This document shows, piece after piece, positions 17,114 through 28,967 of a DNA stretch of 64,000 nt; position 1 is the stretch's first letter, and the number at the start of each line of letters is the position of its first letter. The stretch is taken from positions 6,102 through 70,101 of the forward strand of contig CAYRHT010000001.1 of NCBI GenBank assembly GCA_964424195.1, read 5' to 3'. The notes beneath the pieces are model-generated. The model saw only the letters and a program-made list of their open reading frames with translations. It was not told where the DNA came from and ran no database searches. This DNA comes from an uncultured Gammaproteobacteria bacterium (GTDB lineage: Bacteria > Patescibacteriota > Patescibacteriia > UBA1558 > S5-K13). The position numbers were made by a program, and so were the translations under genes.

Positions 17114-17289
17114 GTATTTATCATATTGTATTTGTATAATATTGTCAATATTTCTGACAACATACTATATAAAATCCTCTATTTTAGCTAATTTATTGTA
17201 CTATATATTAAAAATACTTGTTATAATCATTGACAGAATAGGTATTTAATATTATTATTTAATATTGAAAATAAAATAGAGGAGGAAAA

Positions 17290-17847
17290 ATGAAGAAGAA
17301 AATTGTTTTGAAATTTTGGAAGTACTTTTTTATATCTGTGGGTTCGCTTGCTATTCTAAGTACATTCTTTGCCTTGGCTTTCATTGTACCTAATTTAACT
17401 GCGCCAAAGGATCATGTCATAGATATTTCAGGTGTGCCAGGAGAATTGGTTCCAGATTCTTTAAGTAAATTCCAATATGTTAATGTTTCCTTTCAAGAAA
17501 TTTTTGATTGGAATGAAAAATCTTCTTTTACTTATGTGATTGAAAACGGAAGACTTAATTTTAAAGCACAAAGAATTGTACAAGAGGATGATCAGATTAG
17601 GATAGAAACAGCTAATGGATTTGTAAAATTATCACAAATGGGATTTAGTTCTTTTCGAATTGAGAAGGGGATTCCAGCTAGACATTTTATTAAAAGCATT
17701 AAGCTTGAAGGACAAGAGATGATTATTTCTGCAAGTACAAGCGTTGATGCTTCTGATGGCGTTGCAGTTTTTGGAATAGGGCTAGTATTATTACTTATAG
17801 GCTTAGGATTTCCACAGTTAAAGAAAGAAAAAAAGGAGGAAAAATGA
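17290..17847 (+). CDS. Hypothetical membrane protein (N- and C-terminal TM)
   Basis: 185 aa; GGAGG RBS; TTGACA upstream. Confidence 0.7.
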   Translation: MKKKIVLKFWKYFFISVGSLAILSTFFALAFIVPNLTAPKDHVIDISGVPGELVPDSLSKFQYVNVSFQEIFDWNEKSSFTYVIENGRLNFKAQRIVQEDDQIRIETANGFVKLSQMGFSSFRIEKGIPARHFIKSIKLEGQEMIISASTSVDASDGVAVFGIGLVLLLIGLGFPQLKKEKKEEK

Positions 17848-18590
17848 AAAAAACAGTCATTTTGATTGTGTCGGCAATATTAATTGCCATTAATGCGGGT
17901 GCTAGTTTAACTGGTGTATTAGATCTTGGTTACAAAAGTGTTTATGTAAGTAGTCCTGGAGGAACTCTCTACAACGATTCGGTGTTTCAACAGGATATTA
18001 TTTTGGAGGCTCCTTTAGGACTGTATGGAATTTTTTGGTCTTCATATAGCCCAGAAAAAGGAATTAATAGTGATTTTGGTGATGAGATTGATTTCATCTT
18101 AGGAATCTATCAGGAAAGATTTAAATTAGGTTTTAACTTTAGCTATATTTATCTCAACGCTTGGGATATTAATAGCACGGAAGTAGATTTTAATTTATTT
18201 GTTCTGAATGTTGACCTACCTAAGTTATTTTGGATTAGTCCTTATATTAATTTGGAATATGACGCATCTTTTGACGAAGATATCTTGCCAGGAGGATTCA
18301 TTTATCGAGTAGGTTGTGCTTATGAGGATAGTCTGTTAATCCAAAAGTTTAATCTGAAATATGGGTTTAATTTTTCAATGATTGGACACGATGGAGTTTT
18401 CGGTTTAGATAGTCAAGCACTTTCTTCTGCTAGAGTAAAATTAAATATTACTTATAATTTAGGTAATATGGAAATTATTCCAGAGATCACTTATCAAAAA
18501 ACATTTAAAGATGTTCAGGATGGTGGGTTATCAGAAGATAAATTATGGTGGGGAATTAATTTAGCAGTTCCTTTCATTATGATTGAATAG
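17844..18590 (+). CDS. Secreted beta-strand-rich protein resembling TorF/Gcw_chp-type outer-membrane barrels
   Basis: Signal peptide; YKSVYVS.PG...VFQ; EIDFILG; alternating aromatic strands; C-terminal WWGINLAVPF. Confidence 0.55.
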   Translation: MKKTVILIVSAILIAINAGASLTGVLDLGYKSVYVSSPGGTLYNDSVFQQDIILEAPLGLYGIFWSSYSPEKGINSDFGDEIDFILGIYQERFKLGFNFSYIYLNAWDINSTEVDFNLFVLNVDLPKLFWISPYINLEYDASFDEDILPGGFIYRVGCAYEDSLLIQKFNLKYGFNFSMIGHDGVFGLDSQALSSARVKLNITYNLGNMEIIPEITYQKTFKDVQDGGLSEDKLWWGINLAVPFIMIE

Positions 18591-18610
18591 TTACTAATTG
18601 AATTTTACGT

Positions 18611-18641
18611 ATATGCTGACATTAAATTGTCAGCATATTTT
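18611..18641 (+). terminator. Intrinsic terminator
   Basis: ATATGCTGACA-ttaaat-TGTCAGCATAT followed by T-tract. Confidence 0.7.
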
Positions 18642-18684
18642 TATTTGTTAAAAACAAAAAATCAAGCATAGCTTGATAATTTAA

Positions 18685-18769
18685 TGGTGCCGGAGGCGAG
18701 ACTCGAACTCGCACACCTTGCGGCACTTGCTCCTAAGGCAAGCGTGTATACCAATTTCACCACTCCGGC
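18685..18769 (-). tRNA. tRNA-Leu(TAG)
   Basis: CTTGC-ct TAG ga-GCAAG; variable arm; CCA. Confidence 0.95.
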
Positions 18770-18799
18770 ATGTTTAACAGTATAATTGTTTAAATATCT

Positions 18800-19453
18800 T
18801 TAGTCAATTTTTTTAGAATTTTTTTCTCTCCACTCTTTAATCTTAGCATGATTTCCAGAAAGTAATACTTCAGGAACTTTATATTTTTTATTTTTTACTT
18901 TAATTTCTTCTGGTTTAGTGTATTGAGGATATTCTAAAGAGTTGTTTTCAAAACTTTCAGCTGTTAAAGATTCTTTGTTTCCTAAGGATCCTTTTAATAA
19001 TCTAGTAGTAGAATCAATTACTATTGCTGTAGCTAATTCACTATTACTTAAAACAAATTTTCCCATGGAAATCTTTTCATCAACAAACTTATCTACTCGA
19101 GCATCAATTCCTTCGTAATAGCCGTTTACAAAAATAATATTTTTTAATTTAGAAAGTCGAAGAGCAATTTTTTGATTATATATTTCTCCTTTAGGGTCTA
19201 ACATTATTACTTTAGCTTTTTTTCTTCCTTTGATAGACTTAATTGCTTTAATAATTGGTTCAGCATTTAAAACCATACCAGGTCCACCACCATAAGGAGT
19301 ATCATCTACACTCTTATGTTTGTCTTTAGTAAAATCTCTTAAGTTATGATATTTTATTTCAATAATTTTTTTATCCAAAGCCTTTCCAATTATACTTTCG
19401 TTATAATAGGATTTTAATATGTCTGGGAAAATTGTGATTATATTGAATTGCAT
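18800..19453 (-). CDS. trmD: tRNA (guanine37-N1)-methyltransferase
   Basis: ITIFP, VDDTPYGGGPGMV, YEGIDARV, LEYPQYTKP, VPEVLLSGNH. Confidence 0.97.
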   Translation of the reverse strand: MQFNIITIFPDILKSYYNESIIGKALDKKIIEIKYHNLRDFTKDKHKSVDDTPYGGGPGMVLNAEPIIKAIKSIKGRKKAKVIMLDPKGEIYNQKIALRLSKLKNIIFVNGYYEGIDARVDKFVDEKISMGKFVLSNSELATAIVIDSTTRLLKGSLGNKESLTAESFENNSLEYPQYTKPEEIKVKNKKYKVPEVLLSGNHAKIKEWREKNSKKID

Positions 19454-19534
19454 GTCTTTAATTCATTATACAATAATTTTTATAAAATAAAGACCGTCTC
19501 GGAAGACGGCCTTTATATATCTAGAAGATAAAAT

Positions 19535-19873
19535 TTATAATTTTAGATCTTCAACGCTTTCATCAGCTGGAGCTTCTACTTTAGGCTCTTCTTTTCGGTC
19601 TTCTCTAGGAGCTGGTCTTTCAGTTCCTTCTGGTTGGTTAATCTTTAGATTAACTCTAGCATTGTTCTTAGCACCTACTACACGTAGTAAAGTTCTAAGA
19701 GCTCTTGCTGTGTTACCACTTCGGCCGATAATTTGACCCATGTCAGATGGATCAACGTCTAGAGTCAATAAGACTCCCATCTCGTCAACTGTTCTTGTTG
19801 TTTTTACCTTGTCTGGAGTGTCCACAAGGAATTTAACAGTAGTTTCTAAAAAATCCTGATCTTTTTCTGCCAT
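19535..19873 (-). CDS. khpA: KH-domain RNA-binding protein KhpA
   Basis: LVDTPDKV...DMGQIIGRSGNTARALRTLL; start at MAEKDQ (19873) preferred. Confidence 0.88.
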   Translation of the reverse strand: MAEKDQDFLETTVKFLVDTPDKVKTTRTVDEMGVLLTLDVDPSDMGQIIGRSGNTARALRTLLRVVGAKNNARVNLKINQPEGTERPAPREDRKEEPKVEAPADESVEDLKL

Positions 19874-20219
19874 TTTCTTTCGATTAATTGTTAAGGCACT
19901 ACTTTTTTGAGTTAAACTCAATAACCAGTAGTATATAATAGGATAGCATATTAAAAATGAAATGTCAATATGAAAATAGTTAAATACCAAATGCTTATGA
20001 TAGTCATAGAAACTCTTGACATATTTTTTTAAAAGTATATAATTATATCTACCTGTTGATAAATATAAAAAATCGCTTATGTTTTTATAGTTTATTTCTC
20101 AGGTTGAAAATATAAATTCGTTTTTTGACAATTAAATAGTGATAGAAACACATGCGTCTTATATTTATTTATAAGATTCAATTCTAATTTTTTGAATATT
20201 TTTTATAAAAAATATTCCA

Positions 20220-21713
<1,494 letters not shown>

Positions 21714-21918
21714 TAAGGAGTTACATTAACCCCTCACGGGTTAATCAGATCGTTCGATAAATCTTCGGATTTATTGACTGTTTCTATCACTATTTAGTTG
21801 TTAAGTTTTAAGACTCCTTAATCAACTCCCTTGATTTTATGAAAGCTATAAAGTATTATAAAGGAGTTCATTCAGGAGTTTTTTGTTAGAAATTTTAAAT
21901 TTATTGTCTATTGTTGAT

Positions 21919-21995
21919 GGGCGCATAGCTCAGTTGGTTAGAGCGCTACACTGATAATGTAGAGGTCCCAAGTTCAACTCTTGGTGCGCCCACCA
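21919..21995 (+). tRNA. tRNA-Ile(GAT)
   Basis: CTACA-ct GAT aa-TGTAG; CCA. Confidence 0.95.
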
Positions 21996-22020
21996 ATAGT
22001 AGATAAGTTTATTATATTAT

Positions 22021-22095
22021 GCCGCGGTAGCTCAGTGGTAGAGCAGAGGATTGAAAATCCTCGTGTCGGTGGTTCAATTCCGCCCCGCGGCACCA
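22021..22095 (+). tRNA. tRNA-Phe(GAA)
   Basis: GAGGA-tt GAA aa-TCCTC; CCA. Confidence 0.95.
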
Positions 22096-22102
22096 AATAT
22101 TT

Positions 22103-22179
22103 CGGGGTGTGGCGCAGTTGGCTAGCGCGCGTCGTTTGGGACGATGAGGTCGGAGGTTCGAGTCCTCTCACCCCGACCA
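22103..22179 (+). tRNA. tRNA-Pro(TGG)
   Basis: CGTCG-tt TGG ga-CGATG; CCA. Confidence 0.95.
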
Positions 22180-22259
22180 TTTAAAATACTTTTTAGGAAG
22201 TATTTTTTTGTATTAAAAAAGAGTAGTTCTTTAAAAAACTACTCTTAATATTTAAAGAT

Positions 22260-22811
22260 TTATTGACTACACTCTTGATTCATTAATTTTTCATTAAAAC
22301 AAGTTCCTTGCTGACAGAGACAGCTATCATCTGCATAGGCAGCACAATTATCATACATTAGAGTACAAATTTCAGGTTCTTCGTAATTATCTTGATACTT
22401 TTTATTTATACATTCTCGAGGATGACAACCAGGTAAAGGGATGCAGTCATCATGCTTTGTGCATTTTAAATATTCATTAGTTATCAAGGAACTATCTTCA
22501 TCTATTAACTTAAAGTTTGTTATTTCAACAACTTCATTTTTAACTTTAAAGTTAGCTTGAGCTTTTAGAGCTACATGACCATCCTCATAATTTACTATTA
22601 AATTTTCTGTATTAGGGAAAGTGACTTCAGTGATATAGAATTTACCACCAAGTACTTCTTTTTCAGGAGAAAGTTCAGAAATATTTTCTTTTATGTATTC
22701 TTTTACTGTATTTTGAGTTTCAATTGGTATTTCAAGTGTTTTTTTAGTATTACTTAAGCATCCTGTTAGAATAACAGGAATGATTAAAAGTAATAGTTTT
22801 ATTTTTTTCAT
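22260..22811 (-). CDS. Lipoprotein with C-terminal cysteine-rich domain
   Basis: Lipobox LTGC; CTKHDDC...GCHPREC...CTLMYDNC...CLCQQGTC. Confidence 0.75.
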   Translation of the reverse strand: MKKIKLLLLIIPVILTGCLSNTKKTLEIPIETQNTVKEYIKENISELSPEKEVLGGKFYITEVTFPNTENLIVNYEDGHVALKAQANFKVKNEVVEITNFKLIDEDSSLITNEYLKCTKHDDCIPLPGCHPRECINKKYQDNYEEPEICTLMYDNCAAYADDSCLCQQGTCFNEKLMNQECSQ

Positions 22812-22824
22812 AATATTATATTAG

Positions 22825-23457
22825 TTAATTATTTTTTAAAGTATTTTTTTGAGAGAAATTTATTAAATGATACAAAAAGTGAATAGTTATTAAGATATTT
22901 ATTATAACTATAACTTGGTTAAAAATAAATTCGTTCATATTAAAAATGATATGTAAGATAATAGCTATTTCAAAGGCAGATTTATAGTAATTTGCTCTAG
23001 CTACTGGTTTTATTAACCAATTACTTTCTTTACTCTCATTTTTATTAATAATTATGATCAGATAAAAAGCAGTGATGATTATAATATTATAGGAGAGAGT
23101 TAAGGGACTACCTATTTTTACAATCATTAATCCCCAAATGAATAAAGTATAGACTAAATGGTCAGAAAACATATCAATAAACTTACCTCTATCACTAGCT
23201 GTATTAGTATACCTTGCTAAAGGACCATCTAGAAAATCTAATAAAACACCACCAAAGATTAGTAGAAATACGGCTAAAGTAAAATTGCTTTCTATTAGCA
23301 ATAAATAAAGACAGACAAAGAATATCTTAGTAATGCTTAAATTATTAGCACTAATTCCGAGCCTATCTAGTATTTTTATTACTGGTAAAAGAAAAGCATC
23401 TCTTTTTTCTCTAAAGAACTTATTTAAATTATCTAATTTTTGATCAAGTCTTTTCAT
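22825..23457 (-). CDS. CDP-alcohol phosphatidyltransferase family protein
   Basis: DFLDGPLAR...SDRGKFIDMFSD signature. Confidence 0.92.
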   Translation of the reverse strand: MKRLDQKLDNLNKFFREKRDAFLLPVIKILDRLGISANNLSITKIFFVCLYLLLIESNFTLAVFLLIFGGVLLDFLDGPLARYTNTASDRGKFIDMFSDHLVYTLFIWGLMIVKIGSPLTLSYNIIIITAFYLIIIINKNESKESNWLIKPVARANYYKSAFEIAIILHIIFNMNEFIFNQVIVIINILITIHFLYHLINFSQKNTLKNN

Positions 23458-23612
23458 ATATTGTTTATTATAGCAAGAATTGTATTTTTTTTAAATTTTC
23501 TCTTATTGACAGATTTTAGGTTTTGGGTCTTGACAAGTTTTGATTTATATGTTAACATTATGCAAATGAAGAGGTCTACTGATATATAGTAGATTTTTTA
23601 AATTATAATAAT

Positions 23613-24200
23613 ATGTTGAAGAAATTCAGAAAAACAATTAAAAAATTATTGAAAACAGCAAAAATATTACATTATAAATCTAATGTATTATTGCTTATTG
23701 TTGTTTTTTCATGCTCTTTAACTTTTCCCCAACATAGTTTTGCGGATAGTCTTTCAGTGGAAGGTTCAAGCATTAGATTACAGGGGATTATTATAGAAGA
23801 TACATTATTATCAATATTGAACTCAGATATTAGTAAATTACCTCTAAGACCGGGTCGTTTACCAGAAATTAGTTATCGAAAGGTAGAACTTGATGAGTAT
23901 AGTTATATTACCGCATATAATTTGGTGGAATGGCAAACAGATGATACGCCTTGTATTGGTGCTAGTGGTGATGATTTATGTAAATTAGTAGATCAGGGAA
24001 TTAATATTTGTGCTGCTAATTTTGTTAAATTAGGAACATATTTAGAAATAGAAGATATTGGAAAATGTATCGTTTTAGATAGAATGAATAGTAGATATAC
24101 TTATGCTTATCCTCCTCGAATTGATATTGCTATGAGTGCAGATAAAGTAGATGCAGCTATAAAGTTTGGTTTACAATATAAAAAATTTGGTAGATATTAA
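23613..24200 (+). CDS. 3D-domain (cell-wall lytic-type) protein
   Basis: ITAYN...QTDDTPCIGASG...AANF...GT...VLDRMN...RIDI. Confidence 0.8.
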   Translation: MLKKFRKTIKKLLKTAKILHYKSNVLLLIVVFSCSLTFPQHSFADSLSVEGSSIRLQGIIIEDTLLSILNSDISKLPLRPGRLPEISYRKVELDEYSYITAYNLVEWQTDDTPCIGASGDDLCKLVDQGINICAANFVKLGTYLEIEDIGKCIVLDRMNSRYTYAYPPRIDIAMSADKVDAAIKFGLQYKKFGRY

Positions 24201-24230
24201 AATATAAAAATAATAAACTTAGGAGGATAA

Positions 24231-24836
24231 GTGTGTAAAAAAGGAATTTTAATTGAAGTGGTTGGTCCTGGTAAGACAGTGCTGATATTAGAAGATAAGC
24301 ATCATTTTCCAGGTTCTGATCGTTTTGAATATGTTCAAGGGCTGATTAGATTACTTGAATTTGACAGTGGTACTCAGATGGTATTAGCTCCAGATGGATC
24401 AATAACTATAGTTGAAGATGAAGAGCTTTTAAATTCTCAAGAAATTGGAGCACGTCCAATAATAGTTTGCTTAAAAGCTCCTAGTAGAGAACACGAACAT
24501 CTTATTGAAAAGAAAGAACCTCTTCGGGATAGTGATCGTTGTGTAGATTATTCAAAAAATAGCACTTTTTATAATGATGATTATCTCGATTTATTTAAGA
24601 CTATTTCTATTATACTCCTACTGGATTATGTGGATTGGTTCTTAAAGTTTAAAGTAATTCGTGGACCCCGTCCACCAAACAAATGCCTTACTAAATTAGT
24701 GAGGCGTTTTTTTATAACAAAAAAATCAACTCTCTGGAGGCCACGGTCGGGATCGAACCGACGAATAAAGGTTTTGCAAACCTCTGCCTTACCACTTGGC
24801 TACGTGGCCTCAAAAGAACTGATTTTGTATATTTGA
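24231..24836 (+). CDS. Hypothetical ORF, probably degenerate at the 3' end (reads through a terminator and antisense tRNA-Cys)
   Basis: AGGAGG RBS and GTG start; hairpin with T-tract at 24681-24712 inside the ORF; last ~35 codons overlap the tRNA. Confidence 0.4.
   Translation: MCKKGILIEVVGPGKTVLILEDKHHFPGSDRFEYVQGLIRLLEFDSGTQMVLAPDGSITIVEDEELLNSQEIGARPIIVCLKAPSREHEHLIEKKEPLRDSDRCVDYSKNSTFYNDDYLDLFKTISIILLLDYVDWFLKFKVIRGPRPPNKCLTKLVRRFFITKKSTLWRPRSGSNRRIKVLQTSALPLGYVASKELILYI
24735..24809 (-). tRNA. tRNA-Cys(GCA)
   Basis: GAGGT-tt GCA aa-ACCTT; U73 discriminator; CCA. Confidence 0.95.
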
Positions 24837-24902
24837 ATACTAGCAGAAAAGAGTATTAAATTCAATGTTTTTAATGGTAAAAATGTGCTAAAATTAAAGC
24901 AT

Positions 24903-25241
24903 ATGGATATTAAACCCAATTTTTTCTATTACCTTTTTAAACTAGTTATTAATCTAGTTGGCGTTATTTTTGGTACAATAGTAGGAGCTTTATTCTTATA
25001 TCCTTTGATGCTAGCTTTTCCTTCTAATATTCTAGTAGTTTTAATTGAATTTTATATAATTATAGTTTTAGCGATTGTTTTTTGTCGATTGTTTAATAAA
25101 CTGTTTTTAAATTATTTAAAATACAAACCTTTATTTCACGAAGTTAAATTAAAATTTTTATTTAACCAAAAAACAATACTATTGGCTTTCTATGTTTTTG
25201 GTTTAATATTTTTCTTCTTTTTTGTAGTAACCTTATTCTAA
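24903..25241 (+). CDS. Hypothetical membrane protein
   Basis: Three hydrophobic segments; ends 7 nt before polA. Confidence 0.65.
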   Translation: MDIKPNFFYYLFKLVINLVGVIFGTIVGALFLYPLMLAFPSNILVVLIEFYIIIVLAIVFCRLFNKLFLNYLKYKPLFHEVKLKFLFNQKTILLAFYVFGLIFFFFFVVTLF

Positions 25242-25248
25242 TCTGCAT

Positions 25249-27927
25249 ATGGAAAAATTCATTATAATTGATGGAAACGCTTTGCTCCATCGAGCATGGC
25301 ACGCTATACCTCCCTTAACTAACAAGAAGGGAGTTATTGTTAATGCTGCTTTTGGTTTTACTTCAATATTACTAAACGTCATTAAAGAATTTAAGCCAGA
25401 TTACCTCTGTGCTAGTTTTGATTTACGAGCTCCTACTTTTAGGCATCAGAAATTTAAAGAATACAAAGCTAAAAGAGTAAAACAACCAGATGAATTATAT
25501 GCTCAGATTCCAATTATTAAAGAAGTCTTAAAAGCTTTTGATATTCCAGTCTATGAAAAAAAAGGATTTGAAGCTGATGATGTAATCGGAACAATTGTAA
25601 AGTCATTAAAAGATAGAAAAGATATTGAAAAATTAATTTTAACTGGTGATTTAGATGCTTTGCAATTAGTTGAAGATACAATCAAAGTTTTAACTTTTAA
25701 AAAAGGTATTAGAGAAACAAAAGTTTATGATATTCAGGCTGTAAACGAAAGATATACTTTTGGACCAGAACGAGTTGTAGATTACAAAGCTTTACGAGGT
25801 GATGCTTCTGATAATATTCCTGGCGTTCCGGGAGTTGGAGAAAAAACTGCTACGGAATTGATTACCAGATTTGGAGGTTTAGATGATATTTATCAAAAGT
25901 TTGAGGAATCAGATATTAAAGAACCTTGGAAGAATAAATTAAGAGACAACAAAGAAATTGCTTACCTCAGTCAAGAATTGGCAACCATTGTTTTAGATGT
26001 AGATATGGATTTTGATTTAGCAAAAACCAAGTGGGATTATAATAATGAAGAAGCTGTCTACGATATTTTTCAAGAGTATGAATTCAAGAGTTTGTTAAAT
26101 AAAATACCTTCAATTAAAAAAGATGAAGATTCAGAAGAAATAGTTGTAGAAAAAGAGATTAATTTAAATTATAAATTTGTTGATAATGAAAAAGACTTTG
26201 CTAGTTTCTTGGAAGAGCTAAAAAAACAGGATGAAGTTTGTTTAGATACTGAAACTAGCTCTTTAAATGTTTATGAAGCCAAGCTTCTAGGAATAAGTTT
26301 TTGTTTTAAGTCTGGCGAAGCTTATTATATCTCCGCCAAGAGTAAATTTTTAAAAGAACTTCAGCCAGTAATTGAAAATATAAAAGCTATTGGACATAAT
26401 ATTAAATATGACTACAAAATTTTAAAACTAGCAGGCATTGAATTAAAAAATATTTATTTTGATACTTTAGTTGCCGCTTATTTACTTTCTAAAACTAGTA
26501 GAGGATTAAAATTAGATGATTTAGCTTTTAGTGAATTAGGTTATAGAATGCAAGCTATTGAAGAGTTAATTGGTCCTAAGGGGAAAAATCAATTAACTAT
26601 GTTGGATGTTGAACCAGAGAAAATATCATATTATTCCTGCGAAGACGCAGATTGTACTTGGCAACTTTATCAGCAGTATAAAAAAGAATTAAAGAATGAA
26701 GATATTTATAATTTATTTGAAGAAATTGAAATGCCTTTAGTTAAGGTTCTAGCAGATATGGAAATAGAGGGTATTAAAATAGATACAAAATTTTTGAAAG
26801 ACTTAGAAAAGAAATTTGAAAAAAGATTAAACGAGCTTAGAGCAGAAATTCAAGAATTAGCTGGGGAAGAATTTAATATTAATTCTCCTAAACAATTAGG
26901 TGAGATACTTTTTTCGGGATTAGAAATTTCTACTCAAGGAATCAAAAAAACAAAGACTGGTTTTTCAACAGCAGCTTCGGAATTAGAAAAAATGAAGGAT
27001 CGACATCCAATTATTAATTTAATATTTGAATATCGAGAATTAAATAAACTACAATCAACTTATGTTGTTGGGCTTTTAAAAGAAGTTGATGATCAAGATA
27101 GAATTCATACTAGCTTCAATCAAGCCGTAACTGCCACAGGTCGACTTTCTTCTTCTAAACCAAATTTACAGAACATTCCAATTAGAACTGAGTTAGGTCG
27201 AGAAATTAGAAAAGCTTTTATACCTAAGAAAGGATTTTCTTTGCTAGCAGCAGATTATTCTCAAATTGAATTACGAGTAATAGCTTCTATGGCAGATGAT
27301 AATAAAATGATTGAGTCTTTTAATAAAGGAGAAGATATTCATGCTCGAACTGCAGCGGAAATTAATAGTAAGGATATTAAAGATGTAAATAAAAGTGAAA
27401 GAAGAGCAGCTAAGGAAGTTAATTTTGGAGTAATGTATGGTTTGGGAGCTAGAGGATTATCTCAGAGAACAGATTTAGATTTCAACGAAGCCCGAGATTT
27501 TATTGAAAGATACTTTCTCCTATATGAAAAGGTTAGAAAATTTTTAGATTTGACTAAAGAAAACGCTCATCAGAATAAATTTGTAGAAACTTTATTCGGT
27601 CGAAAGAGATATATTCCAGATATTGATGCTAGAATGCCAATGTTACGAGCAGCAGCAGAGAGAATGGCAATCAATATGCCTGTTCAAGGAACAGCTGCTG
27701 ATTTAATGAAGATGGCTATGATTAATTTAAACAAAGAGCTTAAAGAAACTTCCCCTGAATCTCGAATACTTTTGCAGGTTCATGATGAAGTTGTATTAGA
27801 AATTCCAGAGAAAGATATTGACAAAGTAAGCGAAAAAGTAAAAGATGTAATGGAGAGTATTTATAAATTAAAAGTTCCAATTAAAGTTGATTCTTCTGTG
27901 GGTAGTAATTGGGGCGAATGTAAATAA
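25249..27927 (+). CDS. polA: DNA polymerase I
   Basis: IIDGNALLHRA 5'-exo; DTET 3'-exo; TATGRLSSSKPNLQNIP, ADYSQIELR, QVHDE. Confidence 0.98.
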   Translation: MEKFIIIDGNALLHRAWHAIPPLTNKKGVIVNAAFGFTSILLNVIKEFKPDYLCASFDLRAPTFRHQKFKEYKAKRVKQPDELYAQIPIIKEVLKAFDIPVYEKKGFEADDVIGTIVKSLKDRKDIEKLILTGDLDALQLVEDTIKVLTFKKGIRETKVYDIQAVNERYTFGPERVVDYKALRGDASDNIPGVPGVGEKTATELITRFGGLDDIYQKFEESDIKEPWKNKLRDNKEIAYLSQELATIVLDVDMDFDLAKTKWDYNNEEAVYDIFQEYEFKSLLNKIPSIKKDEDSEEIVVEKEINLNYKFVDNEKDFASFLEELKKQDEVCLDTETSSLNVYEAKLLGISFCFKSGEAYYISAKSKFLKELQPVIENIKAIGHNIKYDYKILKLAGIELKNIYFDTLVAAYLLSKTSRGLKLDDLAFSELGYRMQAIEELIGPKGKNQLTMLDVEPEKISYYSCEDADCTWQLYQQYKKELKNEDIYNLFEEIEMPLVKVLADMEIEGIKIDTKFLKDLEKKFEKRLNELRAEIQELAGEEFNINSPKQLGEILFSGLEISTQGIKKTKTGFSTAASELEKMKDRHPIINLIFEYRELNKLQSTYVVGLLKEVDDQDRIHTSFNQAVTATGRLSSSKPNLQNIPIRTELGREIRKAFIPKKGFSLLAADYSQIELRVIASMADDNKMIESFNKGEDIHARTAAEINSKDIKDVNKSERRAAKEVNFGVMYGLGARGLSQRTDLDFNEARDFIERYFLLYEKVRKFLDLTKENAHQNKFVETLFGRKRYIPDIDARMPMLRAAAERMAINMPVQGTAADLMKMAMINLNKELKETSPESRILLQVHDEVVLEIPEKDIDKVSEKVKDVMESIYKLKVPIKVDSSVGSNWGECK

Positions 27928-27928
27928 A

Positions 27929-28903
27929 ATGCTATTTTTTCTATACGGCGAGGACGATTATCGTTCTAGTCAAAAATTAAATCAAATTAAAGATAGATTC
28001 ATCGAAAAAGTAGATGAGTCTGGTTATAATATTGTAACTTTAGATGAAAAAATTACAGTTGAGAAATTTACTAAAGAATTTTCTCAAACTGGTTTTTTAG
28101 CTTCTAAGAAATTGATTATTATTAAGAATTTATTGAGACAAACGCTTACTAAAGATTTAGCAGAGGTAGTTTTAGAATATCTTAATAAATTCAAAGATGA
28201 TCAAGAAGAAAATATTATTGTTTTTTATGAAAATAATTTACCTCATTCTAGAAAGAGTGCTTTATCTGGTAATAAGCTGAAGATATTTCAAAAATTAAAT
28301 ACTTTTAAGTATAGCCAGGAGTTTAATAAGTTAGCAGACTATAAAGTTGTAGAATGGATTCAAGAGAAATTTAAAGAAAACGAAAAAAGTATTGATAAAA
28401 ATTTAGCTAATAAACTTTTTGCTTTAATTGGCAATCATTTAAGACTTTTAAATGGTGAGATTTCCAAAATAGCTAGTTATAACAAAGAAAAAGAAATTCA
28501 AGAGCAGAGTATAGATGATTTAGTGTCTGCCTCTTTAAACGATGATATATTCCTTTTTTCTGATAAGTTAGCTAATAAGAAAAAGACAGAAGCAACTCAA
28601 TTATTAAATGAACAATTACAATCAGGAGCTAATCCAGTTTATCTATTAACTATGATAATTAGACAGTTTAGAATATTATTACAAATTAAAGCAGCTTTGG
28701 AAGAAAATATTTCCCAAGCTAGTTTAGCTAAATATTTATCTTTGCATCCTTTTGTAATCAAAAAGAGTATGGCTTCTGCTAGGCTCTATTCATTAGAAGA
28801 GCTAAAGATAATCTATCGAAAACTATTAAGTTTAGAAAAAAAGATTAAGTCTTCGGGATTAAAATCTCAAACTCTATTAAACCTATTTGTATTAGATTTT
28901 TAA
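27929..28903 (+). CDS. holA: DNA polymerase III delta subunit
   Basis: MLFFLYGEDDY start; EISKI, DIF, IIRQFRILL, LHPFVIKK; next to rpsT. Confidence 0.9.
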   Translation: MLFFLYGEDDYRSSQKLNQIKDRFIEKVDESGYNIVTLDEKITVEKFTKEFSQTGFLASKKLIIIKNLLRQTLTKDLAEVVLEYLNKFKDDQEENIIVFYENNLPHSRKSALSGNKLKIFQKLNTFKYSQEFNKLADYKVVEWIQEKFKENEKSIDKNLANKLFALIGNHLRLLNGEISKIASYNKEKEIQEQSIDDLVSASLNDDIFLFSDKLANKKKTEATQLLNEQLQSGANPVYLLTMIIRQFRILLQIKAALEENISQASLAKYLSLHPFVIKKSMASARLYSLEELKIIYRKLLSLEKKIKSSGLKSQTLLNLFVLDF

Positions 28904-28967
28904 ATTTATATTATCTAAAACAAAAAGATCGCGAAGGGCGATCTTTTTTATCTAATTTCGAATAGAA

